A stretch of 64,000 bases of DNA from Balanoglossus misakiensis. Taxonomy: Eukaryota; Animalia; Hemichordata. Made by a program: the position numbers and the translations under genes. The notes beneath the pieces are model-generated. The model did no database searches and was not told where the DNA came from. It saw only the letters and a program-made list of their open reading frames with translations. The stretch is taken from assembly GCA_040954595.2 (NCBI GenBank), contig CM082585.2, positions 12,204,341 through 12,268,340 on the forward strand, given 5' to 3'. Of the stretch, positions 14,129 through 26,831 are shown piece by piece; positions within the stretch are counted from its first letter, which is position 1; each line of letters starts with the position of its first letter.

Positions 14129-17100
14129 ATGGGTAATGTCACCTCACAGAGTGATTCTGATGAAACCACCGGCATGCCAACGGAAGAGAGTGATACTCTG
14201 GATGATGATGAGAGAGTCCATACTGGTGTAGCAGTTAAAGAGTTTGAGAAAAACAGACACAACACTATTGCTAAGCAACCTACAAATGAAAGCATAGAAG
14301 AGAAAGGTTGGTCGGATGATAAAAAAAATGATTTTTCTTTACGATGTAGTGACCTGTTACAGAATTGATCAATCTGTCTTGCTAAACCCTTCATAGATGT
14401 TTTTCTGAGATGCTCGACTCAAATGATATCAGTTTTCCATGTTCCAACAAAGAATACCAAAATTGTTGCAGTCAGTGGACCACTTCAACAATCATATATA
14501 TTCCACAGGGAGGATGACTAATACCAGAGTATTTTCAACTTTCTAAGTTAGGCAAATATCTCCTGCTGAGAAAGTTAACACCTTTGTCCGTCCCCGACTT
14601 ATATTAACCCAGGATGTATAGGGAAAGTAGAAGTATGTGAATTGCAGTAAATTAGACCTGGGTGAAAATTTTACCAACAAAGAGAGATGTGTCGACAAGA
14701 CTGCGTGTATGAATAGAAGTTTGACCCCTTCAGAAGTTTGATTAGCTATTGATTCAAAAGTGCCCATTCAAATTTCTTTTTTAATAATTTCCATTTGTAA
14801 AATCCCGAGAGATGGTTTCAGAGTAGGTCTAATATTACAAATTGGACCGTGAAATAACCTTTTGTCGAAGAATCTGCTTATGAATAATAATGTGCGTAAT
14901 CTCCATTCATTGAAATTTTGCCAACCATTTTTGCTATAGATTAATGATTGAGGAAAATTCTTGTTTTCTTTTCAGAGCCAGGAGTTGGAACTCCTCTTCT
15001 TGAAGATGTAGATGAAGCAGAGATGAAGCGAGAGAGAGTTCTCGCTTGGGAGATTGATGTCACAGGATTGGTGGGTGACACGAAACCATTCCGAAGATAC
15101 CGATCAATTAGACAGAAAGGTGGGTAACCACTTTGATCTTGTCTTTGCTCATCTCACTTGCAAAGCGTCAACATTGTCATTAACAATCACCTTTCTCTTC
15201 CCTATATCTGAATATTTCTATACATTTGTCATTCGTGATCTTGCATGGAAATATGTTTGCAGATGATTTTAATGAGGGTAGAGATGATAATTCTTCCACC
15301 CTCGGGGGAAACACAGAAGTACCTGGTGAAAGCAGAAGAAGTACTTCCAAATGATAATTACAATTTCTATTCTTCTAAAACTATATATAGTTGCATTCAT
15401 TTAGCTGAAAGCAAACGCCAATCCTTCTAGCGAGATGTTCTCTCATTTCAAAGTATTTCTTAATGCATTTGTCCTGCGGTGTACAAGCTGTCTGGATGAT
15501 AATAGGATGATAACTCACAAATCGTGGGATGTATCTCTAAAGTCAAAATATTGATGATAAACTTCACAAAATTGTTTTACTATTTAGGTATTTATGGTTA
15601 TTCACTGATTAGCTTCCTGATTCTACATCATGAATGCCAGTGTTGATTCTATAAAAGAGACTTAGAAAACATAACAAAAAAGTCATATTTTAATACTTAC
15701 TTGCTTTAATGACATATGACAAGTCTCACATGCTTGTACCTTGAACTTTCCATATTGAAATATTTCTTTGTGTTCACTGAAAATGTTGCAGGTATTAGGC
15801 GAGTAAATAAAGCCAGTGGTGAAGGTTCAACCAAAGAGAAAGAAAAATACGTGCCACCCATTGTGAATTCTTCACAGAGATTGATAGCTGAGAGGAAAGT
15901 ACTGGATGTAAGAAGATGGTGAGTTGGAAAGTCAAGGTTTCCCCCCCCCCCCCCCTTCAGTCATAAGGTCAATAACCTCATTAGTGCTAAGCTGAAAGTT
16001 CAAATTTTCTCTCTCAATGTATAGGTCAGTGACCTTATCAATTTTAAAGTTGGTCTGTCAGTCATTTTGTAGCTGGTTATAAAAATAAAAAAGAACTGAA
16101 TTTTCGACAGAAGTCATTGCACATATCAGTACAAATATTTAGCAAACTCATCTACTGGTATATACTTTGTAACTGTTTTACTTTTTTTTATATAGGTTTT
16201 GCATAAGCAGACCGCAATACAGCAAATCTTGTGGTATTTCATCTGTGGTGTCCTGTTGGAATTATTTGTACAGTACAATGGGTGTGGGCAGGTAGATACT
16301 AGATTCTTATAAGTTTGCTGTCTTTTCCCGATCCCCGACATAAACTATGGTCTCTACAGTCTTGTCTGTTGTTGGGACAGCATATTGCCTTATGGCATTG
16401 ACTGTATACAATTTTTGTCTCTGGTTTGGCACATGTGCATAGGATGGTACACCCTTTAATAAGCAAGCCATCATCCCCGCAAAGGCACCCATTCTATCAG
16501 AGTACATGAAGTCGTAATGTTGTCTTCTACAAAGAAGTTAAACTGGTAGAGAGAGAATTATGTCAGCAGAAATAATACTCTATGTCGTGAGAGAAAGATA
16601 ATGTGACAATCCCATTGCAGACAGAGCTTTCATACTTTCATAATGATTTCCCTAATGAGTAATTATCATAATCTTTGCAGATAATATTCTTTAGATAGGC
16701 CTATTAGTATTGAGTAGACTTAGGATAAGAAGTCTTTCATGAACTTTTCATACCAAATTTTGATAGATATTGTCTTCACTGTCATGAAATGACAATTTAT
16801 AGTGTCCTAATGTTTGGCTGGTATTTCCAGTTGTAATGAATTCCCCCATGCCAATCACAGTCACATATCCCTGCATTCAGTAAACAAACTTCTAATAGAA
16901 ATATGTCAAACACATGTGTTAGTTGCACCTTTAGAAAAATCTCAGAAAATGTTTTGTCCAATGCAGTATATATGGCAGACTGATTGAAACCTGCCAGAGA
17001 CTGTATTCTGTAACTTTGCATATTCAACTCCAGTATGCCCGTTCTACAAATCTTGGCAATCATTGTGTTTTTCAGAATCCTTATCAACATTTGCGGTTAT

Positions 17101-19960
17101 TCAGTTCAACATCAATAATACACAGTGACTCATTATTGTGTGTAGAATGTTATCACATGGTGCAGAATATGTGTGAAAGTTTAATACTTTCATTTTCGGA
17201 TTTTGTACCTCTGCTTGATAAAGTGTAGAACAGAATGGCTCGGGGGATTCCAGCAAATTGTAGCTGTAATGAGAAATAGTCACGGCATATTACTGTTACT
17301 CTGGATGAAAGCGAATCGTTCAAGCACATGTAACAAAGGCCTGCAATAGACAGAGATGATGAGTGCCCATTGCCATAGTAACCTGTGCAATATTTAATGA
17401 TTTCATTAAAAGGTAACACCGTGGAAATTTCCTTTAATAAAAATTCGGTTTCTGCCAATAGGTGTGAGTAATTCTAGTTCATTCGCAGTTGTGTTTGCAA
17501 TGAGATGTGAAATTTTCACACAAAATGAATTTAAGAAACTTACATGTACTTCTCGCACATCATGAGATTGAATTATCATGCAGTTAAACATTTCACACAA
17601 GAATGAAACCTTAATATATCATGGGAGAGCAAATGATAAACTGTAAGAAAACTGCCTTTGTTAAATACCAGTCTGTCAGAGACAATAATTTGTGTATGTG
17701 AGCTAGGCAATTTCTGCTGAACTGTTGCCAAGGTTACGCCAAAATGAGAAGAAAAAAAGCAGTGGTCGTCGTCTGTGGGAAAATGAGTGAATGGAGACAG
17801 ATGGAACATAACTGCCCCGAAGGTGTACATTTTATTCCCCTGAGATTTACCTTCAAAAGATGCTCCGTAATTGAAAATAGTTCTCCGAATATAAATAACA
17901 GTACATTTCAGACTCAAAGGGCTGGGTTCTTACAGGCCTTGAGTGGATATCAAAAGAAAATATCCAAGCTAATAATTTTGTCTCAGCTAAGCTTGTGGTA
18001 CTTACAGTTTTACCTGGCATTATTTACATTTTGAAATTGCCCCTTTTCTTTGAGATATTTCCAGACTGTATCAGTTTACCTAGACTTGCATAAAGTAGAG
18101 TCCCAGACTCCCAGCACTTGGTGAGATCTTGGAAGTGATCCATTTACACTGATACCCTGGGTTAAGCCGTTGGCTTCAATTTCTCATAATTAATTGTAAT
18201 CACCAGCAGCAAAAAAATAATAAGACTTTTGTTCTCTTAGAAACTAGAATGTTCCTTGCAAAGTACATTTCATGAGTTTGTTTTCTTTCCATGATTCTTA
18301 AATAATTTCTGTATTTTATTATTTGCTTTTAGTTTACAACCAATAACACAAGAAGAAGCACTAACAGTCTTGGGTTTTCGACCACCGTTCGGTGAAATCC
18401 GATTTGGTCCCTTCACAGGCAACGCAACTCTGATGAGGTAAGAGTTCTTCATAAAGAAATATGAATTACTACCTCCTTGTAATTTACTAATCTTCCCTTG
18501 TAATTTACTAATCTTCAAACCTTCTTAATCTTATCCATTCATACTGTATGTGGATATCAAAGCCTTGAAATTCAAATAGTGGTGTTGCATTTCAATATGA
18601 TGCATGCAATATTGAGCATCTGGGGGAAAATAGAAAGCCAGCAACAATGTCTAAAACTCTACATATAGCCATCTTTCTGAAAGGTTCCAGAAATCCACTT
18701 CACAAATAGGATTTATTCATCAACTAATGAGACCTATGGTATCTGTGGACTTATTCTTATTAAAAAGAAAAACTGCGACTCAGATTACTCTAATCCAATT
18801 GAATTGAACTCCTTTTTGCCATTTATTATTAAAAAGATATTGATTAGTGAATATGAGTCACATTGATCAAAATTCTTTGAATGTATTGCCATACTTTATC
18901 TGACACTCATCAAGATGTATGTTGAACAAAGGGGGAGGGGGCATGTATATCCAATCAGGTTCTTAGTCGTGGCAACTTGCACTGATGTATTCATGGTCAC
19001 GTGCATGGCCCTACTGCGAATAAACTGTAGAGGGCGCTACAAGCAGAAAGTCCTTTGCTGACAGTGGCACTTTTCTTTCAGATGGTTTACACAACTGAAT
19101 GAATTCTACAACGTCAGAGGACGATCTTATTTCTTGTACAAACCCCATGGCAAAGGTCGTACAATGGGAAGGACTTCAGATGAAGCACTAAGACTTCTCA
19201 GAACTGGACTGCAGGATCCAAACATCACATATATTTATCACTGTCAGAACCATTACTTCTGTCCAATCGGATTTGAGAATGTACCTACAAAGGCTATCAA
19301 TGCTTATAGGTGAGTGTAAATTCTTGTGTATTGTAGAAAACTGCAATTTTCATGGGATCAGACGTAATTTATTCAACTATGACCATATCTCTGTTTCAGT
19401 GAGAATTTGGCTGATGATGATGTGGAAACATGGATACTGATTGGAGATACCAGTCGGAGACATCCGGGTATTCAGTGTGTCAAGTGAGTATAGCTTCAAT
19501 TTGTCACAGAATGAAATCATCAAACATTTATGGAAATACCACCAGTAAGAGGCCTGGAATTTTGAGTGACATTTGAGTTCAAATAAGTGTTTGCTCTGTT
19601 CTTTCATGTAGATGGCCGGACATTGTCAAAGACTTAAACCTTCAGAATCCAGACTACCTAAACATTCGGAAAGTTCATCTGGGCCCACAAAAGAGAAAGA
19701 CAAAGAAAGTGGGTGGAAATTTACACTGCATCATGGCCTTTCAAAAGAGTGTGTACCAGGGAATCCGATCCGTGGATTTGATCCGATCGGAGAATAGGAA
19801 TGCCAGTAGTGAGAATAATCTCTCCAATGTGAAGTACATGGGTGGCGATGGTATGCTGCAATTCACAGATCTGACAGAGTATGAACTCGAAGAGGAAGTG
19901 ATTGTTGATATCACCGATGCTGACAGCAGTTCTGATGAATCATTAAGTAGTGATGATTGA
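14129..19960 (+). CDS. BIVM: Basic immunoglobulin-like variable motif-containing protein
   Basis: Exons 14129-14306, 14976-15119, 15792-15918, 16196-16291, 18333-18437, 19082-19309, 19400-19483, 19612-19960, all phase-compatible. Family motifs [76 protein letters not shown]. Confidence 0.95.
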
Positions 19961-20657
19961 GACAAAAACTTTAAAGACAGTGTTTTATGTGCTTTATTTT
20001 TCTCTGCTACAAAAATTTCAGTGTAACCCAATATCAATTTCACTTGTGAATCTCCATTTGTCGGATATTTTACTTAGACATTGTTTAAAGATTAAAAAAT
20101 AGTTTTTCAAAAGTATTTGTACTGGCTGTAACTGTTTTTTGGATTAAATATTTAATCTTCATGAACTCTATGATTTTGTTATTTCCAATTGTGTATGTCT
20201 ATGCAAAAATGTAAAATGGAGGTTCATAACATTTATGGAAATAAAATGATAAGAATTTTATTATCTACATACTAATAATGTTCAGAACTATTTCTTTCAT
20301 TTTTGTACAAGTACGATTCCACTGCCATAGAAATCCGACTGATCGCTGCAAAAGTAAATTTTGTATCATTATGGACCTAACCCTAACCTGTCAACAAACA
20401 AACATGGCCATATTTGTCAACAAACAAACATATTTAATAATAATAATAACACACACATTTCGTACAAAGTACGGTCCAAAATTGAGTTAGAGGATTTTCC
20501 AACTCTACCACAACTAAAACAAAAGTATGTCTTGTGAGGGCGCTATTATGTCAAACGAGGTCATATCGAGGTCATATCCGTCACGAGGTCATAGCTGGCT
20601 TCATAGTAGCATTCGTCATCCAAGGACAGTGTGCCTTCGTGTGACGGAACTGACAAA

Positions 20658-23600
20658 ATGTCGCTTTTTCGCACTCTACGAGTTTCTCAGGCGCTGCTTG
20701 GCCAGTATAGGCAACGAGTCGTTTTGTTCCGGACTCTAGGAGCCCTCTCGGCGTTGCAGTATGTCCATCCTCAGCTCCAGAATGTCCCACCACCCCAAGT
20801 ACTAGGTCAACCAGACGTTCCTGGTGAGACCTCATTTCTTTCTCGAGCAGTGGTTGTTGTGTAAGCAGAAATGCTTTCTGAGCTTATCTGTTACCCATCA
20901 TAATCTGTGGGGCGAGAACTCTATAGACTTAATTTGTATGTGTGTCGAGATATAATGTCTTGCTTAATCCATTGGAGGTACAGCCTGTGGTACCTCAATA
21001 TTGGGGGGGGGGGGGGGTGTCTATGTTGTCTACTTGTTTTATGTTATTGTTTACCTCCATTTATTGTACCACAAAACACTCCCCCCCCCCTCCCCCTCCA
21101 TCACACACAAAAAAGAACAAGTGTGTCACTCACTGTATGATGATGACCTTGGGTTTATGTTGTCACCATCCTTTTATGCTGAGACCTAGTTTCAGTGAAT
21201 TTCAAGCTACAACTACAGCCAGAATGGAGGTAGGTGTCCCTACCTCCATTTTGGTTTATAAACAGGCACAGGCTACACCAAGCTGAATAAATTATGGCAT
21301 AGATTACATAATAGTATATGTAACAGTCTGCTAAATTTGGGCTAACTCGGTGTTAGCCCATTGTTAGCCAATTAGGGAAAAGGTATCTGTGCTATTACTG
21401 TGCAATCTTGCTCCTAGAAAATGCAAATTGACGTAACATTTTCAATGCCTAGATCTTTGCGAACAATACCAGCGATGGATGTCCACAGAAACTGTCGATC
21501 CGGATGCGGCATCCGTAGACTATGAAGGATTATTGGCTCTATTGGAGTCTGGTGATATACAACTCATTGATGTCAGGGAACCAGAGGAATTAGAAGAGTG
21601 TGGTCAAATAGAGAAAGCCTTCAACATCCCGTGTAAGTTTTAATATTCATTATTTTACAGTGTTAGTGGTCAGTGTTACAGCATGCCTTAGAAATGCAGT
21701 TTGTTTGTAGACTCTGGTTTTGTTCTAATATTAGTGGCAAGTTATTGTGGTCCATGTACATGTGGGTAAGCTTCACCCATGTTGCATTGTTGATGATCAG
21801 ATCACTGTCCTATCAAATATAAACCTGATAGCATTTCTGAGTACAGTGGCCCACTCAAATACAGCTTGTAAATGTAGTCAGTACAGCTTCTTCATTTTGG
21901 TGCATTCCAAAATGATGTCATGAAAATATTCAAATTATTCCCATATATGTACATGTCATATGAGTTTCACTGTTGCAACTGACATGGTACAGTAGATTTT
22001 AGTAATTAGAGCAATAAATACATCTCTTCAAGTGATTTCAAAACATCAGATTAATATCAAAAATTGACTAGTCAGTCTTTAAAAGCAAACATTGCACACG
22101 CTTTCATATAACTTATAGTTATGTAATATTTATCTGTCATCTGAGAAGAGAAACTCACAATCGAATAAGTTGCACCAACTGATTTCAACATTTCAACCTT
22201 TATATTTTCACTTATAATATTTCATGACCACAAACATTCTTTCTCTCAGTGTCACAAAAGCTAATCTCAAGTACTCCTACAAGAAAACGAGAAAGTCGCA
22301 GAATCTTGTTTCAGTGTCAACACCCAAACCCTGCTTGTCTGTTTCTTGCATGGCTTTGTTGGAAAATTCAGCGCAGTGTACAAAATATTTGTTTCGGTAT
22401 TTTCTTTGCATGAATTTTTTTAAAATGCTGATTTGTCTACTATCACTGATGTCCGACGCACCATCCCATATCACCATGGCAACAGAAAGAGTACCGGAAC
22501 ATGTTAATGGGCGCATCACTATCTATAAGCCATCCATTTCTCCCTTTCAGTGAGTCATCTTACTCAGAGTCTGAACATGACAGAAGCTAACTTCATTGAG
22601 CACATGGGTCGAGAAAAGCCCATGAAATGGGATAACAATGTAGTTTTCTACGGTAAAGGGCCAATCAAAAGTCGAGCTGCCATGGAACTGGCCAAAAAAC
22701 TAGGCTATGCAAAGTAAGTCGGAAGTTTTGACAGTGCACCAGAGATGTTAGGATCATAGGATGAACAAACAACTGTCAACATTTTCCATTGAACAACAAG
22801 CTGTCAAAATTACTGACATGAACACTTGGCCAGCCATGTCAGTGGGGTAGCTTAGCCCACAGCATAAAGAGAATACCGCGCTGCGCAAGTAAAAGACGTT
22901 GCCATACTCTACATCTGATTTTAATCTGATTGCATTTATGTAAAAAAAAATCTGATTACTAAAATCTACTGGACATAGGTCAGTTGACAACATTGCAACA
23001 TTGTAGACACTTTGTATTAGCTGCATGTTGTTATAGCCAATGAGAATTGACAAAAATCTATCGAGATCTTTGCTGTGTCTACTCAGTAGTGACACTGTGT
23101 TTCTGTTCATTCTTATGCCACACACTTTGTTCATTGCATCACCAATGAAGAGCTTTGTAAGAATGCACCCATTAATCTCAGATTTTGTTTGTATTCACAA
23201 AGTTGGATCATTTGACCATTATGTCAGGATAACATCTACACAGTCCTCATAATAGTACGAAAATACAATAATCTATTAATATAATGTGTACCCTTACACT
23301 CTCCATGATATTAGACCAATGTTACATTAGACCATTATATTGCAATTATACTAGTCTTTATATTTGGATAACATCTTCATGCTCCAACAGTGTTGCACTG
23401 TCGCTGCCCAACATTTTAGGAGAATGTCTTCTTTATTAGGGATATTTACTTGGTTTAAACATCATATAATGTCTACATTAATTTGGATAATGTTACATTT
23501 GCCCATGTTGTTGAGATAAAGCTGTCAGTACTGTTAGATGTTGACATTGTGCAATCCTATGATTCTACACCTCTGTCTGTTTAATTATAAATAAATCATT

Positions 23601-24311
23601 TTATCTATTTTCTTCTGAATGTTATTTTTAGTAGGGGAAGTTGAGACAGCCCTGGACATGGATCCTGAACGGTTTCGTGAGGCATACAAGTTTGCAATGC
23701 CCAAACATTCAGATGCAAACATTGTGTTCACTTGTCTGGGTGGCATTCGCAGTGCTAAGGCACTGGGAACAGCTATTAGTCTGGGTTATGATAAGTATGT
23801 ATTCTGCAATGTTCAATTGAAATCTCAACTTCCTGGCTGGCTAATTTCACTCAAACATGCATTAAATGGAAGTAATATGTTGTTTTAAACTGTTTTAAAT
23901 CTGGCCATGAGGTTGTGATTTCAATAAAATGTTATCTCCTGTTAGTTCGGGTTGTTTTCTTAACACTAAACTCTTCTTCAGTGTTTGCTGAACATTCTTA
24001 TGTGATCTTAGCTCTTGAAAAAATGATTTTGATTTCAGATCCAATTGTGCAGCATGAAAGTTGTGATATTGTGACTTACTTCTGTCTCTTGTATTCAAAT
24101 TCTCAATTTATGCTTGTATCTGAAATCTTACTGAATGGGAACTTTTATTCTCTCAATTGAGCAGAGTTCTGACTCTCTTCAGGATATCCTAATAACGATA
24201 TTTTCTGTTCCCTTTCCCCTTTTTGTGTTCTCCAGAGCACGGCATTATCCAGGAGGCTGGGAAGAATGGACTGAGAAACAAGGACTACCACTCACGAAGA
24301 CCGAGTTGTAG
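20658..24311 (+). CDS. Single-domain rhodanese / thiosulfate sulfurtransferase-like protein (TSTD1/TSTD3 type) with two alternative third exons
   Basis: Exons 20658-20823 (Arg/Ser/Leu-rich, acid-free N-terminus resembling a mitochondrial presequence), 21453-21632 (LIDVREPEE..GQI..AFNIP), 22551-22713 or 23632-23794, and 24236-24311 (HYPGGWEEW, stop TAG). All junction phases fit. Confidence 0.9.
22551..22713 (+). CDS. Rhodanese alternative exon 3a (Cys-less active-site loop)
   Basis: Acceptor ccctttcag, donor AA|gtaagt, 163 nt, open frame (L)SHLTQSLNMTEANFIEHMGREKPMKWDNNVVFYGKGPIKSRAAMELAKKLGYA(K); aligns to exon 3b without gaps. Confidence 0.85.
23632..23794 (+). CDS. Rhodanese alternative exon 3b (catalytic Cys loop)
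   Basis: Acceptor tttttag (tandem tagTAG), donor AA|gtatgt, 163 nt, (L)GEVETALDMDPERFREAYKFAMPKHSDANIVFTCLGGIRSAKALGTAISLGYD(K); canonical CxxGxRS loop. Confidence 0.92.
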
Positions 24312-26831
24312 AACAAGGTGCGACACCCCCTGAATTGTGACACCAGGCATGACTGCACATGCAACAATTAGTAGTTTAATTCGTAACTTAAGATAACAGC
24401 ACTATTCCCCTTTTCTCTGTTTTTTATATAAATGTGTGATGGACATTTTGTAGTTGTCAAACAAAATCTTGTCATTTTATGCTATTTACTGTAATACCAA
24501 TAGACAGTAGTGAAGATTGCTTCGGACAGTTAAAAATAAAATACCATGTTCGAAAGCAGTCAGATTCAGATTAAGTTTTAAATCATCTGGAGTATCTTTT
24601 TTGGTCAGATTTGTCTAGTGTGATCTAAAAACAACTTAGGATTTTTAATATGGAAACAAAAATTATTGCATGGAAATTCTGCTTCAAATAAGTAAAGTGA
24701 TAAATTAGATGAACTATAAGTTTTATGACGATATTGATGAGACATCATTTTAGGTAGCGTTTGATAAATTTCTTCCGTTTCCTCTCAAAACTTTTGTATT
24801 GGCTCAGTTGAGCTTACACACTAATTTCATTGGCTAATAATTAAGTGTCAGCTGAGTAAACAGACAATTTGTAGAAGTTTGCAGTTGCTAAACATTCCAC
24901 AAGTTCAGCTACAGACAGTTGCGATCATCATGATCATCGCCAAGCATGCTATTCCGGTTTTGATGACCTGAACCAAACCAGCTGTTGACAAATAGTGTGT
25001 GTGTGTGTCAAAAACAGACCAAAGCTCATTTCATGATGATTGGTTTGTGTTTTCATTAGGTGCAGCAATCTGAAATAAATACCTAAAATGAAAATACTTG
25101 TGTTTAAATGTGTCACAGTGTCTTGTCCACATAGTGACGCAGTAGTTCTATTACACTGAAAGGGCGCCCCCAAGCAGAAGTTTGTGCTGAATATGCTACC
25201 ATGACTACACATGAACATACAGGTCAAGGTGTTGACCTACGTCTCCTGGAGTTACCATGGTTGTTTCTGCAGCTTTGACGTAAGGTCGGCCTGACAGAAA
25301 CAGAACTTTGATTCTGTGATGTGATTGGGAAATGGTAGATTACTTGTGATATACAATTGAAAACCTATGGTCAGGTGTGTGCCGGAGGTGTGTGTGGCCA
25401 GTGCGGGATGGGGGAAGGGGTACATTTTGAATCAAGATGTCTGTATCATCAGAAGTACATGATCTTCAAACTTTTTCTGACTGCAAAATTAGGAATAAGT
25501 AAAATCAAGGGAAAATGGCTGCACACATTGACCATTCATTTTTTTCTGCTACTGTCAATCTGTTTGTGGGAGGGTCCTGGGGAGTGTGACAAATAGAGGG
25601 ACATTTCCATGACAACGCCCAATAAACAACACATTCATCCAACCGTAAACTTGTACACACAACACACAAGCATCTCATTACAGTAAAGCACAAATAAAAT
25701 TTATTCCACTGTGAAACTCACAAATTACTTGTGGCCTAAACGAAAGGGAAGCCTTCTTGTTAAAAGACAGCAAAATAACAGGAGGCAGGAAAATCGTCCT
25801 CAAGAACTCCAAAAATATCAAATGTGAATGAGATTTTTCTCAACCATGCGAAAGTTTATATACAAAAGGAATTTTGGGAATGAAAAAAAAAATGCGCAAA
25901 CTAAATGAATACAGGAGAAAAGCTAAATATTAGTCACATGGTGAATAAATATGTTGCCATTTCAAGGATCATTAATAACTTGTCTGACAGTTGCTACATG
26001 ACCTAAGTGGGACTAAGAACGGTTGGAAAATATCTGAATGGTTAAAATACAAAAATCTGCATAATTGTAGAACCACCGTTATTTGGACAGCAATAAAAAC
26101 CAGACGTTGGAATTGCATACTTCTCACCAATGATCAATATCTTCCATAGTTGCAACTATTGTAGCCCTGGTGCTCCGGCAGATTGATTTAGAGGGGAAGG
26201 CCCCCAAAATCAACTGGGGCATTTGGATTACAATAATTGCAGCTACATCTTCAATGTGAATTTTAAACAACAAATGTATTCCAAATATAATCACAGTTAT
26301 AAAATCAAGGTCATTTTGAAAGGGGTTTCTGATGATTACATTTCACATGGATACCAAAGCCAAACATGAACCCATAACCTCTATGATTTGACTTTGGTCG
26401 CACAAATAACACATCTCAGGACAGGAGCATTTTAGGCAAAAGACAGTACAATGTATAATGATCTTAACTTTAGAATTGTATAAAAGATGACACTTCATAC
26501 AAACTGCCATAGTACCTTCCAGTAGTCATTAGATACATTTTAATATTTTGATGTCATGGTGTACATGTTCAGGTGGCGTCTATTACACAAATCTCCATTT
26601 GTGGAGAGTAATGAGTCAAAATGCACTGGAACTGTTCATTTTCATTAAATAACATGTTCATTCGATTAAAAAGTACACTTCCACAGAATGTACGGAGAAA
26701 TGAGAAGAAAACACATGTCCTTGGTGATGCGACTACCATGGTGATGCATAATGTATAAACGAGAATGTTGTCATCCAACCCCTTCAGTTATTGTACACAG
26801 TTCGTCGGTTGGTAATGCTACATATAAAGTT

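Noticed and set aside
22551-23794. Tandem two-domain rhodanese using exons 3a and 3b together
   Set aside because: Joining a phase-2 donor to a phase-1 acceptor shifts the frame, and no second copy of exon 2 or exon 4 lies between them.
24297-24311. C-terminal KTEL of the rhodanese as an ER-retention signal
   Set aside because: No hydrophobic signal peptide; the N-terminus looks like a mitochondrial presequence, so this is probably chance.
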